The notes under the pieces are model-generated. The model was given only the letters and a program-made list of their open reading frames with translations, did not search any database and was not told the origin of the DNA. Both the position numbers and the translations under genes were made by a program. A stretch of 64,000 bases of DNA from positions 2,217 to 66,216 of the forward strand of contig CACNPW010000001.1 of NCBI GenBank assembly GCA_902622475.1, written 5' to 3'. This DNA is from an uncultured Alphaproteobacteria bacterium (GTDB lineage: Bacteria > Pseudomonadota > Alphaproteobacteria > HIMB59 > GCA-002718135). Shown here piece by piece: positions 1 to 10,837 of this stretch (position 1 is its first letter; each line of letters starts with the position of its first letter).

Positions 1-1028
1 ATGTTAGGGATGAACTGACAAGTATATTTTCAAGATTTTCTAATAGAATTGTTGTTACTTGTTTTTCTTCAAATATTGCAAGAATGAAAAATATTATTCA
101 AGCAGCAAAAAAAAATAAAAGAAAGGTCGCTCTCGTTGGTAGGAGTATGAAAAAAAATATCGAAGTAGCAAGAAAATGTGGTTATGTTGCAGATGATGAA
201 ATTTTTATCAGTGAAGATGAAGCGTCTTATATACCAAGAGAAAATTTAGTCATAATTTGTACTGGAAGTCAGGGTGAAAAAAGATCTGCTCTTTTCAGAA
301 TAGCTTATAATTCTCATCAGCATTTACATTTAGAGCCTGAAGATGTAGTAATTTTTAGCTCTAGAGATATTCCTGGTAATGAAAAATCAATAAATAATTT
401 AAAGAACTTACTTATTAGACAAAGAGTTGAGATTGTAACAGCTGATGATGATTTAGTACATGTTTCAGGTCATGGTTATGCAGATGAGATAAAACAAATG
501 TATAATTGGACAAAACCGTATTTATCTATACCTGTCCATGGTGAACCCATGCATCTAGAGGCGCATAAACAATTATCTAACTCATCTCAAGTACCATTTA
601 CTAAAATTTTAGAAAATGGAAAATGTCTCAAAATTGCACCAGGTGAACCTAAAATTGTAGAAAAATTTGAAACTGGAAAATTAATTGTTGAGGGTAAAAA
701 TCTTTACGACTCTGAATCTGCATTTATTAAGGAAAGAAGGAAATATTCATTTGAGGGGTTAGTTTTAATCTCTTTAATTATCAATGATGGTGACTATTCA
801 ATTAATAAAAATATGTTTCTTACCTTAAAAGGATTGCCGGGGATAGATGAAGAAAATATTAAAAATGATTTTAAAATACTTTTCATAGAAAACTATACAA
901 AACTTAACAAAGATCAAAAATCTTCAGATCTTATAGTATCTGACTTAGTTAAAAGTAGTTTTAGAAAGATTATAAAAAATTCAATTCAAAAAAAACCAGA
1001 AATTGAAGTTCATTTAATACGATCTTAA
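1..1028 (+). CDS. rnj: Ribonuclease J, C-terminal ~340 aa (5' end lies upstream of window)
   Basis: The frame is open from base 3 (VRDELTSIFSRFSNRIVVTCFSSNIARMK...), so the M at 84 is internal. Metallo-beta-lactamase/beta-CASP motifs HVSGHG and PVHGE are present. Confidence 0.85.
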   Translation, partial: VRDELTSIFSRFSNRIVVTCFSSNIARMKNIIQAAKKNKRKVALVGRSMKKNIEVARKCGYVADDEIFISEDEASYIPRENLVIICTGSQGEKRSALFRIAYNSHQHLHLEPEDVVIFSSRDIPGNEKSINNLKNLLIRQRVEIVTADDDLVHVSGHGYADEIKQMYNWTKPYLSIPVHGEPMHLEAHKQLSNSSQVPFTKILENGKCLKIAPGEPKIVEKFETGKLIVEGKNLYDSESAFIKERRKYSFEGLVLISLIINDGDYSINKNMFLTLKGLPGIDEENIKNDFKILFIENYTKLNKDQKSSDLIVSDLVKSSFRKIIKNSIQKKPEIEVHLIRS

Positions 1029-1261
1029 TGGCATTATTTACTCATGTTCTAATTTTTATCCTTGTTTGGTGGATTTTATTTTTCATACTTCTACCGATTA
1101 AGATAAAAGTACCCCAAAAAGTAGAATCTGGACATGCAAAAAGCGCTCCAAGTAAGCCATATCTTCTAATAAAATTTATAACAACTTCATTAATATCAGC
1201 TTTAATTTTATTTTTTTTGATTTTATTTGGATTTGATTTATCAAATATATTTAATAAATGA
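1028..1261 (+). CDS. DUF1467-like small membrane protein
   Basis: 77 aa with two hydrophobic helices flanking a KSAPSKP segment. It matches my recollection of the alphaproteobacterial DUF1467 pattern. ATGA-type overlaps link it to both neighbours. Confidence 0.65.
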   Translation: MALFTHVLIFILVWWILFFILLPIKIKVPQKVESGHAKSAPSKPYLLIKFITTSLISALILFFLILFGFDLSNIFNK

Positions 1262-2553
1262 AATATTCTAATTTTTTTCTTCCCACTATTAAAGATGCAC
1301 CATCAGATGCTGAAATAATTTCACATAAATTAATGATCAGAGCTGGCATGATTAAACAATCTAGCGCAGGTATTTATTCGTGGTTACCCCTAGGTCTACT
1401 TGTATTAAAAAAAATTGAGCAGATTGTTAGAGAAGAACAAAATAATGCAGGTGCAGTAGAACTGCTTATGCCTACGATTCAATCTTCTGATTTATGGATT
1501 AAATCAGGAAGATACGATGATTATGGTAAAGAAATGTTAAGGATTACAGACAGAAGTGGAAGAGAAATGCTTTACGGCCCAACAAATGAAGAATTAATTA
1601 CGGATATATTTCAATCACATATAAATTCTTACAAAGATCTTCCAAAAAATCTTTATCATATTCAATGGAAATTTCGAGACGAGGTAAGGCCTAGATTTGG
1701 AGTAATGCGAGGAAGAGAATTCTTAATGAAGGATAATTATTCATTTGATCTTGATGAAAACGAAGCAAAAAAATCTTATGACAATATGTTTAAAGCATAC
1801 ATAAAAACTTTTATTAGAATGGGATTAACGCCAATTTCCTTAAGAGCAGAAACAGGACCAATTGGTGGTAATTTAAGTCATGAATTTCAAATACTAGCTA
1901 AGACAGGTGAAAGTACACTTTATTATGATAAAAAATTAGAAACACTAAACCCTGAAACTATAGACCCAAATGAGTTGCAGTCATTTTATGCTGCAGTTGA
2001 TGATCAACATGATGAAAAAAATTGCCCAATTTCAAATGAAGATTTAAAAATTTCTAAGGGCATTGAAGTGGGTCATATATTTTATTTTGGAACAAAATAT
2101 TCTGAGAAATTAAATGCATTTGTTCAAGATAAAAGTGGGAAAAATATTCCAGTGCATATGGGATCATATGGCATTGGTGTCTCAAGACTGGTGGGTGCAA
2201 TTATAGAAGCTTATCATGATGAAAAAGGAATTAGGTGGCCTTTAGAGGTTGCTCCATTTAAGGTTTCCATAGTTAATTTAATGCCAGATGATCAAGATTG
2301 TGCCATAAAGTCATCAGAGTATTATGAATATTTTATGAAAAATAATATTGAAATTATTTTAGATGATAGAATCTGCAGTATAGGAAAAAAATTATCTGAT
2401 AATGAGTTAATTGGTACTCCTTATCAAATTGTTATTGGCAAAAGAGATTTAAAAGATAATTTAGTAGAAATAAAAAACCGTCAAAATAATGAAAGTAAAA
2501 AAATTTCATCTAGTGGTGTAATTGATTTTATTATCAATAAATTAAAAAAATAA
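1258..2553 (+). CDS. proS: Prolyl-tRNA synthetase (short type without the large insertion/editing domain)
   Basis: N terminus FLPTIKDAPSDAEIISHKLMIRAGMIKQSSAGIYSWLPLG. Class II motif FRDEVRPRFGVMRGREFLMKD. 431 aa. Confidence 0.95.
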   Translation: MKYSNFFLPTIKDAPSDAEIISHKLMIRAGMIKQSSAGIYSWLPLGLLVLKKIEQIVREEQNNAGAVELLMPTIQSSDLWIKSGRYDDYGKEMLRITDRSGREMLYGPTNEELITDIFQSHINSYKDLPKNLYHIQWKFRDEVRPRFGVMRGREFLMKDNYSFDLDENEAKKSYDNMFKAYIKTFIRMGLTPISLRAETGPIGGNLSHEFQILAKTGESTLYYDKKLETLNPETIDPNELQSFYAAVDDQHDEKNCPISNEDLKISKGIEVGHIFYFGTKYSEKLNAFVQDKSGKNIPVHMGSYGIGVSRLVGAIIEAYHDEKGIRWPLEVAPFKVSIVNLMPDDQDCAIKSSEYYEYFMKNNIEIILDDRICSIGKKLSDNELIGTPYQIVIGKRDLKDNLVEIKNRQNNESKKISSSGVIDFIINKLKK

Positions 2554-3804
2554 ATGATTTCTAAATCAGAACAATTACTGATTTTTAGGTTTCTATTCTC
2601 TAAGAAATCTGATGGCTATGTTTCTATTTTCGCTTGGTTTTCAATAATAGGTATTAGTTTAGGAGTAGCAGCAATTATTATAGTAATGTCTGTTATGAAT
2701 GGTTTTAGAATTGATCTAACTAATAGAATAATTGGACTTAATTCACATCTCAATATTTATAGTTTTGATAATGAGATAACAAATAAGCAAGCTGATGAAC
2801 TCATATTGAATATTGATAATTCTTTGTTTTACCAACACTACAAATCTATTGAAACAAATGGATTAATTATAAAATCAAATAACTCAAAAGGTGTTATGAT
2901 CAAAGGTTATGATGAATATGATAAAAATCATTATTTGTTTAATTCAATTAATAGGGGGGCATTAATTCAAAATACAAAAAGTGAAATATTAATTGGAGAT
3001 TCCTTAGCGAACGAAATGAATTTAAATGTGGGAGACAAAGTTAAAATTGCTATTCCTAAGACTGATAAAACAATATTAGGTAATATTCCAAGATTCAAAA
3101 CATTGGAAGTAATAGGTATATTTGATCTAGGTTTATATGAATATGATTCAAATTTAATTTTTATATCTTCTGAACTTGTTAGAAAATTACTTTTATATGA
3201 TAAAGATGTATATAACAAAATTGAATTCTTTATATCGTCTCCTAATGACATCGAATTATTTAAAAATAAAGCTGAATTAGCAACATCTAATCTTTTATTA
3301 AATTTTTATTCAATTTCTTGGAAGGATCAAAACAAAACTCTAATAAATGCGCTCAAAGTAGAAAAGAATGTTATGTTTATTATTCTTTCTTTAATTATAT
3401 TAGTTGCATCATTAAATATAATTTCAGGGCTAATTATATTTGTAAAAGAAAAAAACAAAGATATTGGTATTTTAAAAACTATTGGAATGAGTGATAAAAG
3501 TATTATAAAAATATTTTTTTCTATTGGAATCTCAATCGGTTTGATTGGATCTTTAATAGGATTAATAATTGGAATACTTTTCACAGTAAACATTAAATCA
3601 ATTCAAAGGTTGTTAGAATATTTACTTGGAACAAAACTGTTTTCTGAAGAAGTGTATTACTTATCATCTTTACCTTCCAAAATTAGCATAAATGAGGTTG
3701 TTTACGTACTTTGTGTAGCAATAATCATATCAATAATTTCAACTATTTTTCCAGCTTTAAGCTCAGCTAGAATAGACCCTGTTAAAAGTTTAAGAAGTGA
3801 ATAA
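2554..3804 (+). CDS. lolC: Lipoprotein-releasing ABC transporter permease (LolC/E family)
   Basis: FtsX/MacB-type topology: N-terminal TM, large periplasmic loop, three C-terminal TMs. C-terminal ARIDPVKSLRSE. Followed by lolD. Confidence 0.85.
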   Translation: MISKSEQLLIFRFLFSKKSDGYVSIFAWFSIIGISLGVAAIIIVMSVMNGFRIDLTNRIIGLNSHLNIYSFDNEITNKQADELILNIDNSLFYQHYKSIETNGLIIKSNNSKGVMIKGYDEYDKNHYLFNSINRGALIQNTKSEILIGDSLANEMNLNVGDKVKIAIPKTDKTILGNIPRFKTLEVIGIFDLGLYEYDSNLIFISSELVRKLLLYDKDVYNKIEFFISSPNDIELFKNKAELATSNLLLNFYSISWKDQNKTLINALKVEKNVMFIILSLIILVASLNIISGLIIFVKEKNKDIGILKTIGMSDKSIIKIFFSIGISIGLIGSLIGLIIGILFTVNIKSIQRLLEYLLGTKLFSEEVYYLSSLPSKISINEVVYVLCVAIIISIISTIFPALSSARIDPVKSLRSE

Positions 3805-4486
3805 CAAATATTTATTAGAGATATCCAATTTAAGTAAATATTATTCAAATGAAAATAATTTAAAAATTGAGATAATTAAAAATCTAAATTTTAAATTAAT
3901 GCAAAACACTAAAGTTTCGATTGTCGGGCCTTCAGGTTCAGGCAAAACAACTTTTCTGAATATTATTGGTTTACTTGATTCAGAATATGATGGAAGCTTT
4001 TATTTTAAGAATAAAGATATTTCTTTATGCTCTAAAGATGAAACGAATAAAATTAGAGGATTATCAATTGGTTTTATTCATCAATTTTTTCATCTTATAC
4101 CTGAACTTACTGTGATCGAGAATGTTATGCTACCATTATTAATAAATAAAAATGAAAGGAAAAGTTATGAAATTTCTAAAAAACTACTTCTTGAATTTGG
4201 TTTAGATGATAGGATTAATTATAAACCTTTAAAATTATCAGGAGGAGAGCAACAAAGGGTCGCTATTGCAAGATCTTTAGTAAATAATCCAGATTTAATT
4301 TTAGCTGATGAGATGACTGGAAATCTTGATGAAGACACTGCTAACAACATTTTTAAATTTTTTATTAATTATATCGAACAAAATAAAAAAACTTTAGTAT
4401 ATGTTACTCATAACAAAACTTATTCTTTATTAGCTGATGAAATTTATTATTTTAAAAATAAAAAAATACATTTGACAAATGAATAA
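3797..4486 (+). CDS. lolD: Lipoprotein-releasing ABC transporter ATP-binding protein
   Basis: Walker A GPSGSGKTT, signature LSGGEQQRVAIAR, Walker B LILADE. 8-nt overlap with the permease gene. Confidence 0.9.
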   Translation: MNNKYLLEISNLSKYYSNENNLKIEIIKNLNFKLMQNTKVSIVGPSGSGKTTFLNIIGLLDSEYDGSFYFKNKDISLCSKDETNKIRGLSIGFIHQFFHLIPELTVIENVMLPLLINKNERKSYEISKKLLLEFGLDDRINYKPLKLSGGEQQRVAIARSLVNNPDLILADEMTGNLDEDTANNIFKFFINYIEQNKKTLVYVTHNKTYSLLADEIYYFKNKKIHLTNE

Positions 4487-7400
4487 TCCTTTTATTCATT
4501 TAAGATCTTTATCTTCATATTCTTTATCTGAAAGTACGCTAAAAATTACTAATTTAGTAGATCTTGCTAAAAAAAATGAAATGCCTGCAATCGCCATTAC
4601 AGATAATAATAATATGTTTGGAGTATTTGAATTCTCCAAAGAATGTGTTAAAAATAATATTCAACCTATAATTGGAACTTCAATAAATTTATTGGATATT
4701 ATTGTAAATAATCAAATTTCCCAAGTTACATTTTTAGTCAAAAATGAAATTGGGTATAGAAATCTATTAGAATTAAGCTCACTTTCTCATCTTAATGAAG
4801 GACATAATGTTGGTATATATTTTTCTCAATTAGAAAAATTTTCTGAAGGTTTATATTGTTATATAGGTGGTGAGTTTAATCCTTTACTTTTATTAAACAA
4901 AGAAAACAAAAAAAAAGATATCATTCAATTAATAGGTAATTTTAAAAAAGTTTTTAATCAAAATTTTCTTTTTGAAATTCAAAGAATAAATGATCAAAAT
5001 ATCGATGTTTTTGAAAAAGAATTTATAAATTTATCAAAAGAATTTGACGTACCTCTTATTGGTTCAAATAATATTAAGTACGCTAATAAAGATGATTATT
5101 CAGCTCATGATGCATTACTATGTATTGCCCAAAAATCTACAATTAACAATTCTCAAAGAAATACTTCTAATGAAAATATTTATTTTAAGTCAAATGAAGA
5201 AATGTATGCAAATTTTGAAGATATTCCAGAGATAATACTAAATAATTTAAATATTTCTCTATCTTGTAATTATTTTCCTGAATCAACAAAACCACAATTA
5301 CCCGAATTTAAAAATAATCAAAATTTATCAGCTGAAGATTTTTTATTAAAATCATCAGAGTTAGGCCTTGATAAAAAAATAAAGGAAAAGGATATTAAAA
5401 ATGTAGAAATTTATACTGATAGATTGAAATATGAAAATGAAATAATAATTAGAATGGGTTTTGCAGGATACTTTTTAATAGTAGCAGACTTTGTTAATTG
5501 GGCTAAAGCACAGCATATCCCAGTTGGTCCTGGACGAGGATCTGGTGCTGGAAGCTTGGTTGCTTGGTCTTTAGGTATAACTGATTTAGATCCATTGGAG
5601 TATGATTTATTATTTGAACGATTTTTAAACCCAGAAAGAGTATCAATGCCAGATTTCGACATAGACTTTTGTCAAACTAGAAGAGATGAAGTTATTGAAT
5701 ATGTAAATAATAAATATGGAAGTGAATGTGTTGCTCACATAATTACATTTGGTACTCTGGCATCAAGAGCTGCGGTAAGAGATATTGGTAGAGTTTTAGA
5801 AGTTCCGTATGGAGAAGTAGATTCTTTTGCTAAACTGATACCTTTTAATCCATCAAATCCACTTACTTTAAGTGAGTCAATTAAATCTGAAAGAAGCTTA
5901 CAAGAAAGAATAAGCAGTGATGAAAGAATTTCAAATATTATTGATGTAAGTCTAAAAATTGAAGGAACTCATAGACATGCTTCTACTCATGCTGCTGGCG
6001 TTGTAATTGGTCATGAAAAATTGTCTAAAGTAGTTCCTTTATATAAAGATCAGAATACTAATACTAATGCAACGCAATTTTCAATGAAATATGTTGAAGA
6101 GGCAGGTTTAATAAAATTTGATTTTCTTGGCCTGACTACATTATCCATTATAGATGATTGCACAAAATTAATAGTCAAAGAAAATAAAAATTTTTTAATA
6201 AGTAAGATTCCTCTTAATGACAACAAAACTTATGATCAGTTAAGTAAAGGAGATACAGTGGGAATATTCCAATTAGAAAGTAACGGTATGGGTAGCGTTC
6301 TTCGCCAATTACAACCTGATAGATTTGAAGAAATAATTGCTGTGGTTGCTTTGTTTAGACCTGGTCCAATGGATAATATTCCTTCTTTTTGTAACAGAAA
6401 ACATGGACGTGAAAAAATTAAATATCTTCATTCGATGTTAGAAAATGTATTAAAAGAAACTTATGGAATTATTGTCTATCAAGAACAAGTAATGAAAATA
6501 GCACAAGTTTTATCTAATTATTCTTTGGGTGAAGCAGATTTATTAAGAAGGGCAATGGGAAAAAAAATTCAAAAAGAAATGGATATGCAAAAATCAAGAT
6601 TTATTGAAGGTGCAATCCAAAATAATATTGAAAAAAAAGAGGCTTCGAAAATTTTTGATTTAGTCGATAAATTTGCAGGTTATGGCTTTAATAAAAGCCA
6701 CGCCGCTGCATATGCTTTGATATCTTATCAAACAGCTTATCTAAAAGCTAATTTTCCACATGAATTTCTTACAGCTACACTAAACTATTCTATTGATAGA
6801 ACAGATAAAATTATCTTACTTAAACAAGAAATAGAGAGATTAAATATAGAATTTTTAAAACCAGATATAAATTTTTCAAACTCTTTATTTTCAATTGAAA
6901 TAAATGAGAATGGAAAATCAATTAGATTCGGTTTAGCGGCAATTAAAGGAGTGGGGCTTAAATCGATTTCAAGTATGGTAGATGAAAGAAATAAAAATGG
7001 CAAATTTAAGAGTATTATTGATTTTATGACAAGGGTTTCAAAAGAAGTTATAAACAAAAGACAGCTTGAAAAGCTTATACAAGCTGGAGCTTTTGATAGC
7101 ATTGAATTAAATAGAGCAAAATTATTTAATAACGTCACAAAATTTGTCGATTTATTTGGCGTTGATAAAAATCTAAATCAGCATATGCTTTTTGAAGATA
7201 ATGAAATTTCATTTGATGATAAAAATCTTTTTAAGCAAAATTATTATAAATGGAAGAACTCAGAAATTTTATCAAATGAATTAGAGGTAATTGGATTTTA
7301 TTTTTCTGATCATCCTCTGAATTACTATCCTAAAAAATTTTTCGAGTTGGAAAAAATTTTTAAATTTAAAGATTTTTCAGAAAATACTGAAATTAACTCA

Positions 7401-7883
7401 ATAAACGTTTGTGGAGCAATCTTAGATATTAAAGAAAGATCTAATAAAGATGGTAAAAAATATGCATTTATAACGGTTTCAGAAATTAGTTATCAGTATG
7501 AGCTAACAATATTTAGTGAAAATCTTTATAAGTATCGATCAATTTTAAAAGAAGGTAATTTATTAATATTTACAATTGATATTATAAAAAATAACACTGA
7601 TACCCGTTTTATCATTAAAAATATATCTTCACTCAGAGATATTTTTGCCAAAAATAAATATAAGTTTAATATTTATACAAACACTAATAATATTATTGAA
7701 TTAAAGGACAAAATTTTTGAAAAAAAACAGAATAATAACTCTAATAATAGAATTGAGCTTTTTGTAACACTAGATCAAAAACTAATAAATTTTGATTTTA
7801 ATAAATATTCCATTAAATCATTCAAAAAACTTGACGAATTAAATAAATCTAAAATTTTAGATTATTCTTTAGAAATCTCTTGA
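4479..7883 (+). CDS. dnaE: DNA polymerase III alpha subunit
   Basis: 1134 aa. N-terminal PHP domain (FIHLRSLSSYSLSES). Contains GPGRGSGAGSLVAWSLGITDLDP, the catalytic PDFDIDF, and FNKSHAAAYA. Confidence 0.97.
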   Translation: MNNPFIHLRSLSSYSLSESTLKITNLVDLAKKNEMPAIAITDNNNMFGVFEFSKECVKNNIQPIIGTSINLLDIIVNNQISQVTFLVKNEIGYRNLLELSSLSHLNEGHNVGIYFSQLEKFSEGLYCYIGGEFNPLLLLNKENKKKDIIQLIGNFKKVFNQNFLFEIQRINDQNIDVFEKEFINLSKEFDVPLIGSNNIKYANKDDYSAHDALLCIAQKSTINNSQRNTSNENIYFKSNEEMYANFEDIPEIILNNLNISLSCNYFPESTKPQLPEFKNNQNLSAEDFLLKSSELGLDKKIKEKDIKNVEIYTDRLKYENEIIIRMGFAGYFLIVADFVNWAKAQHIPVGPGRGSGAGSLVAWSLGITDLDPLEYDLLFERFLNPERVSMPDFDIDFCQTRRDEVIEYVNNKYGSECVAHIITFGTLASRAAVRDIGRVLEVPYGEVDSFAKLIPFNPSNPLTLSESIKSERSLQERISSDERISNIIDVSLKIEGTHRHASTHAAGVVIGHEKLSKVVPLYKDQNTNTNATQFSMKYVEEAGLIKFDFLGLTTLSIIDDCTKLIVKENKNFLISKIPLNDNKTYDQLSKGDTVGIFQLESNGMGSVLRQLQPDRFEEIIAVVALFRPGPMDNIPSFCNRKHGREKIKYLHSMLENVLKETYGIIVYQEQVMKIAQVLSNYSLGEADLLRRAMGKKIQKEMDMQKSRFIEGAIQNNIEKKEASKIFDLVDKFAGYGFNKSHAAAYALISYQTAYLKANFPHEFLTATLNYSIDRTDKIILLKQEIERLNIEFLKPDINFSNSLFSIEINENGKSIRFGLAAIKGVGLKSISSMVDERNKNGKFKSIIDFMTRVSKEVINKRQLEKLIQAGAFDSIELNRAKLFNNVTKFVDLFGVDKNLNQHMLFEDNEISFDDKNLFKQNYYKWKNSEILSNELEVIGFYFSDHPLNYYPKKFFELEKIFKFKDFSENTEINSINVCGAILDIKERSNKDGKKYAFITVSEISYQYELTIFSENLYKYRSILKEGNLLIFTIDIIKNNTDTRFIIKNISSLRDIFAKNKYKFNIYTNTNNIIELKDKIFEKKQNNNSNNRIELFVTLDQKLINFDFNKYSIKSFKKLDELNKSKILDYSLEIS

Positions 7884-7925
7884 AAAAATAATACATTATA
7901 ATATTAAGTCAGCAAATTAAATCTA

Positions 7926-7980
7926 GCACACAGAAAAAACCGGTGTTTTTGTTTCTGTGGAGGTTAAACCGGGGGTTATT
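7926..7980 (+). promoter_or_regulatory. Structured, locally GC-rich 5' leader of rpsB-tsf (imperfect hairpin plus duplicated AACCGG next to the SD)
   Basis: CACAGAAA (7929-7936) pairs with TTTCTGTG (7952-7959) around AAAAC-CGGT-GTTTT. A second AACCGG (7966-7971) can pair with CCGGT (7940-7944) and abuts the GGGGG Shine-Dalgarno sequence 5 nt before ATG 7981. Confidence 0.35.
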
Positions 7981-8736
7981 ATGAATTTACCAGAAGTTAA
8001 ACTAGAAGATCTTCTTGAGTCAGGCGTTCACTTTGGACATAATGTTAGAAGATGGAATCCAAAAATGAAAGAATATATTTATGGTGTTAGAAATAACATA
8101 CATATTTTTGATTTGAGAATAACATTAGAATTATTAAATTCCGCACTTGTCAAAATCCATGAAACTGTTTCTAAATCAGGAAAAGTTCTATTTGTTGGAA
8201 CAAAAAAACAATGTAGTGATGTTGTTAAAGATTTAGCAATGCTGAATAACAATTTTTATGTAAACAAAAGGTGGCTAGGGGGTACTTTAACTAATTGGAA
8301 AACAATCTCAAATTCTATAAAACGTTTAGACGAAATTGAATTATTTCTAAAGGATAATGAGTCTTCAAAAAACTTATCAAAAAAAGAATTATTAGATATT
8401 TCAAGAGAAAAACAGAAACTTGATTTAAATATTGGTGGTATCAGAACTCTTAATGGAAAACCAGATCTGTTAGTTGTTTTTGATGTAATTAAAGATAAAA
8501 TTGCTGTTCGAGAAGCCGCTAAACTTAATATACCTGTTGTAGCTATTGTAGATTCAAATGCTGATCCAGAAAATATTGATTATATAATTCCAGGTAATGA
8601 TGATGCTCTAAGATCAATCAATCTCTACAAAAATTATTTTACAAAAACTATTGAAGACGCAGTAAATTTTCAAAATGAAATGTCTAACAAAGATGAAGTT
8701 GAAATTGAAGATAAAATAACTCAAGGTGATAAATGA
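7981..8736 (+). CDS. rpsB: 30S ribosomal protein S2
   Basis: [20 protein letters not shown] chose ATG 7981 with the upstream GGGGG SD over the GTG at 7957 listed in the track. Confidence 0.95.
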   Translation: MNLPEVKLEDLLESGVHFGHNVRRWNPKMKEYIYGVRNNIHIFDLRITLELLNSALVKIHETVSKSGKVLFVGTKKQCSDVVKDLAMLNNNFYVNKRWLGGTLTNWKTISNSIKRLDEIELFLKDNESSKNLSKKELLDISREKQKLDLNIGGIRTLNGKPDLLVVFDVIKDKIAVREAAKLNIPVVAIVDSNADPENIDYIIPGNDDALRSINLYKNYFTKTIEDAVNFQNEMSNKDEVEIEDKITQGDK

Positions 8737-9587
8737 TGATGAATATTACAGATCTTATTAAAGAATTGAGAAATAAAACTGGAGCAGGTTTTTTAGATTG
8801 TAAAAAATCTTTAGAGGAAAATAACAACGATATTGAAAAATCTATTGAATCATTAAGAAAAAAGGGTTTAGCTAAAGCATCTAAAAAAAGTGATCGAGCA
8901 GCAAATGAAGGTGCCGTGGGAATATATACTAATGAGAATATTACTGCATTAATTAAGGTTAACAGTGAAACTGATTTTGCCGCAAAAAGCGAAACTTTTT
9001 TAGACTTTCTTGATAGCTTGGGAAAACTAATTTTAGAAAACAATATTAATTTAGATAAAAATCAATTTTTAAATTTAAAATATGAACAAGGAACAGTTCA
9101 AGATTACTTTAATACAATGATATCAAAAATTGGAGAAAATCTCATTTTAAATGATTTAACTATTAAGGAAAACAAAAATTCTAATTTTGCATTTTATATA
9201 CATAATAGTTATAGAAACAATATTGGTAAAATAATATCATTACTAGAATATTCTTGTAATAATAAGGATTCTAAAATTGAAAATTTATCTAAAAACTTAT
9301 GTATGCACATTGCAGCAATGAAGCCTGAGTCTATAGATGTTGACGATTTGGATAAAAGTTTAGTTACTAATGAAGAAAAAATTCAAAAAGATTTAATTTT
9401 AAATTCAGGTAAACCTTCTAATATAGCTGAGAAGATTTTGGAAGGTAAGATGAAAAAATTCTACGGTGAAGTTACTTTGCTTAACCAATCATATATCTTA
9501 GATCAGGATAAGACAGTTAAACTAGTTTTAGATGAATATTCTGAAAATGATTTTAAGATAAATTCGTTTGAATTAATTAGCCTATAG
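8733..9587 (+). CDS. tsf: Translation elongation factor Ts
   Basis: UBA-like N terminus [22 protein letters not shown]. Conserved position after rpsB. Confidence 0.95.
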   Translation: MMMNITDLIKELRNKTGAGFLDCKKSLEENNNDIEKSIESLRKKGLAKASKKSDRAANEGAVGIYTNENITALIKVNSETDFAAKSETFLDFLDSLGKLILENNINLDKNQFLNLKYEQGTVQDYFNTMISKIGENLILNDLTIKENKNSNFAFYIHNSYRNNIGKIISLLEYSCNNKDSKIENLSKNLCMHIAAMKPESIDVDDLDKSLVTNEEKIQKDLILNSGKPSNIAEKILEGKMKKFYGEVTLLNQSYILDQDKTVKLVLDEYSENDFKINSFELISL

Positions 9588-9588
9588 A

Positions 9589-10290
9589 ATGCAAAAGCGT
9601 ATATTACTTAAAATATCTGGTGAATCACTTATGGGATCTTCTACCTATGGGATAGATGTATCTACTATAAATCAGATATCTAATGAAATAAAAAATGTTT
9701 ATAAAAAAAAATATCAAATTTGTTTAATAATTGGTGGCGGAAATATATTTAGAGGTATCAAGGGTGCATCTGAAGGAATTGATAGATCTACATCAGATTA
9801 TATGGGAATGCTAGCTACAGTAATGAATGCCTTATCTTTACAAAGTAGTTTAGAAAAGATAAATGTTCCAACCAGAGTACAATCTGCAATAAATATGTCT
9901 CAAATTGCTGAACCGTATATAAGGAGAAGAGCAATAAGACATCTAGAAAAAAATAGAATTGTAATTTTTGCTGCGGGTACTGGAAACCCTTTCTTTTCAA
10001 CTGATACCGCCGCTTCTTTGAGAGCCTCTGAGTTGGATTGTAAATTAATAATAAAAGCAACTAAGGTAGATGGAATTTATAACAAAGATCCTATAAGATT
10101 TAAAAATGCTAAACTTATTAAAAATATCTCTTACAACCAGGTAATAAATAAAAATTTGCATGTAATGGATCTGACTGCAATTAGCTTAGCTAAAGACACA
10201 AAAATACCAATATACATAACAAATATATTTAAAAAAAACTCTCTAATTAATGTTTTGAATCGTAAGGGATCATATAGTAAGATAAGTTAA
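9589..10290 (+). CDS. pyrH: UMP kinase
   Basis: [11 protein letters not shown] and GGGNIFRG motifs, plus synteny. Confidence 0.95.
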   Translation: MQKRILLKISGESLMGSSTYGIDVSTINQISNEIKNVYKKKYQICLIIGGGNIFRGIKGASEGIDRSTSDYMGMLATVMNALSLQSSLEKINVPTRVQSAINMSQIAEPYIRRRAIRHLEKNRIVIFAAGTGNPFFSTDTAASLRASELDCKLIIKATKVDGIYNKDPIRFKNAKLIKNISYNQVINKNLHVMDLTAISLAKDTKIPIYITNIFKKNSLINVLNRKGSYSKIS

Positions 10291-10292
10291 TT

Positions 10293-10835
10293 ATGAGTGA
10301 AGTTGAAAGTAAAATGAATTCAGCTCTTCTACATTTTGAAAAAGAATTGAATTCTTTAAGAACCTCAAGAGCCAACCCTGCAATGCTAGACAATATATTA
10401 GTAGATGCATATGGAACAAAAACCCCACTAAATCAATTAGGAAACATTTCTGTACAGGATGCAATTACAATAACAATACAAATTTGGGATTCATCTCTTA
10501 TAAAAAATATAGAAAATGCTATTACTGAATCTAATTTAGGTATTAATCCACAAACTGATGGTCAATTAATTAGATTACCGATACCCAAGTTAAGTGAAGA
10601 AAGAAGAAAAGAAATCATTAAAATTGCATCTCAGTTTGCTGAAAATTCAAAAGTTACTGTAAGAAATATTAGAAGAGATTTTATTGATAGTTCAAAAAAT
10701 GAAAAAAAAACATCTAATCTTTCTGAAGATGAATTAAAAAGAAAAATTGATGAAATTCAAAAAATAACAGATATCAAAATTAAGGACATAGATAAAATTT
10801 TAGAAGAAAAAAAAGTTGATATTCTGAAAGTTTAG
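10293..10835 (+). CDS. frr: Ribosome recycling factor
   Basis: LRTSRANPAMLDNILVDAYG and VRNIRRD motifs. Confidence 0.95.
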   Translation: MSEVESKMNSALLHFEKELNSLRTSRANPAMLDNILVDAYGTKTPLNQLGNISVQDAITITIQIWDSSLIKNIENAITESNLGINPQTDGQLIRLPIPKLSEERRKEIIKIASQFAENSKVTVRNIRRDFIDSSKNEKKTSNLSEDELKRKIDEIQKITDIKIKDIDKILEEKKVDILKV

Positions 10836-10837
10836 GT

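Noticed and set aside
2967-3593. Minus-strand ORFs of 94 and 88 aa inside lolC
   Set aside because: They are antisense shadows of a well-supported membrane-protein gene. Their composition is low-complexity and rich in I, F, L and S, as expected from reading AT-rich codons backwards. No independent start context.
5044-7138. ORFs of 63, 83 and 117 aa within dnaE (alternate frame or antisense)
   Set aside because: They are wholly nested in an unmistakable dnaE reading frame. No motifs or RBS. Chance ORFs.
7884-7980. Possible tRNA or sRNA gene in the dnaE-rpsB spacer
   Set aside because: I could find no cloverleaf arms or conserved T-loop (GTTCRANYC). It is better explained as an mRNA leader or terminator structure.
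8684-10060. Antisense ORFs of 119 and 81 aa across rpsB/tsf and pyrH
   Set aside because: They are nested opposite highly conserved genes and have no recognisable features.
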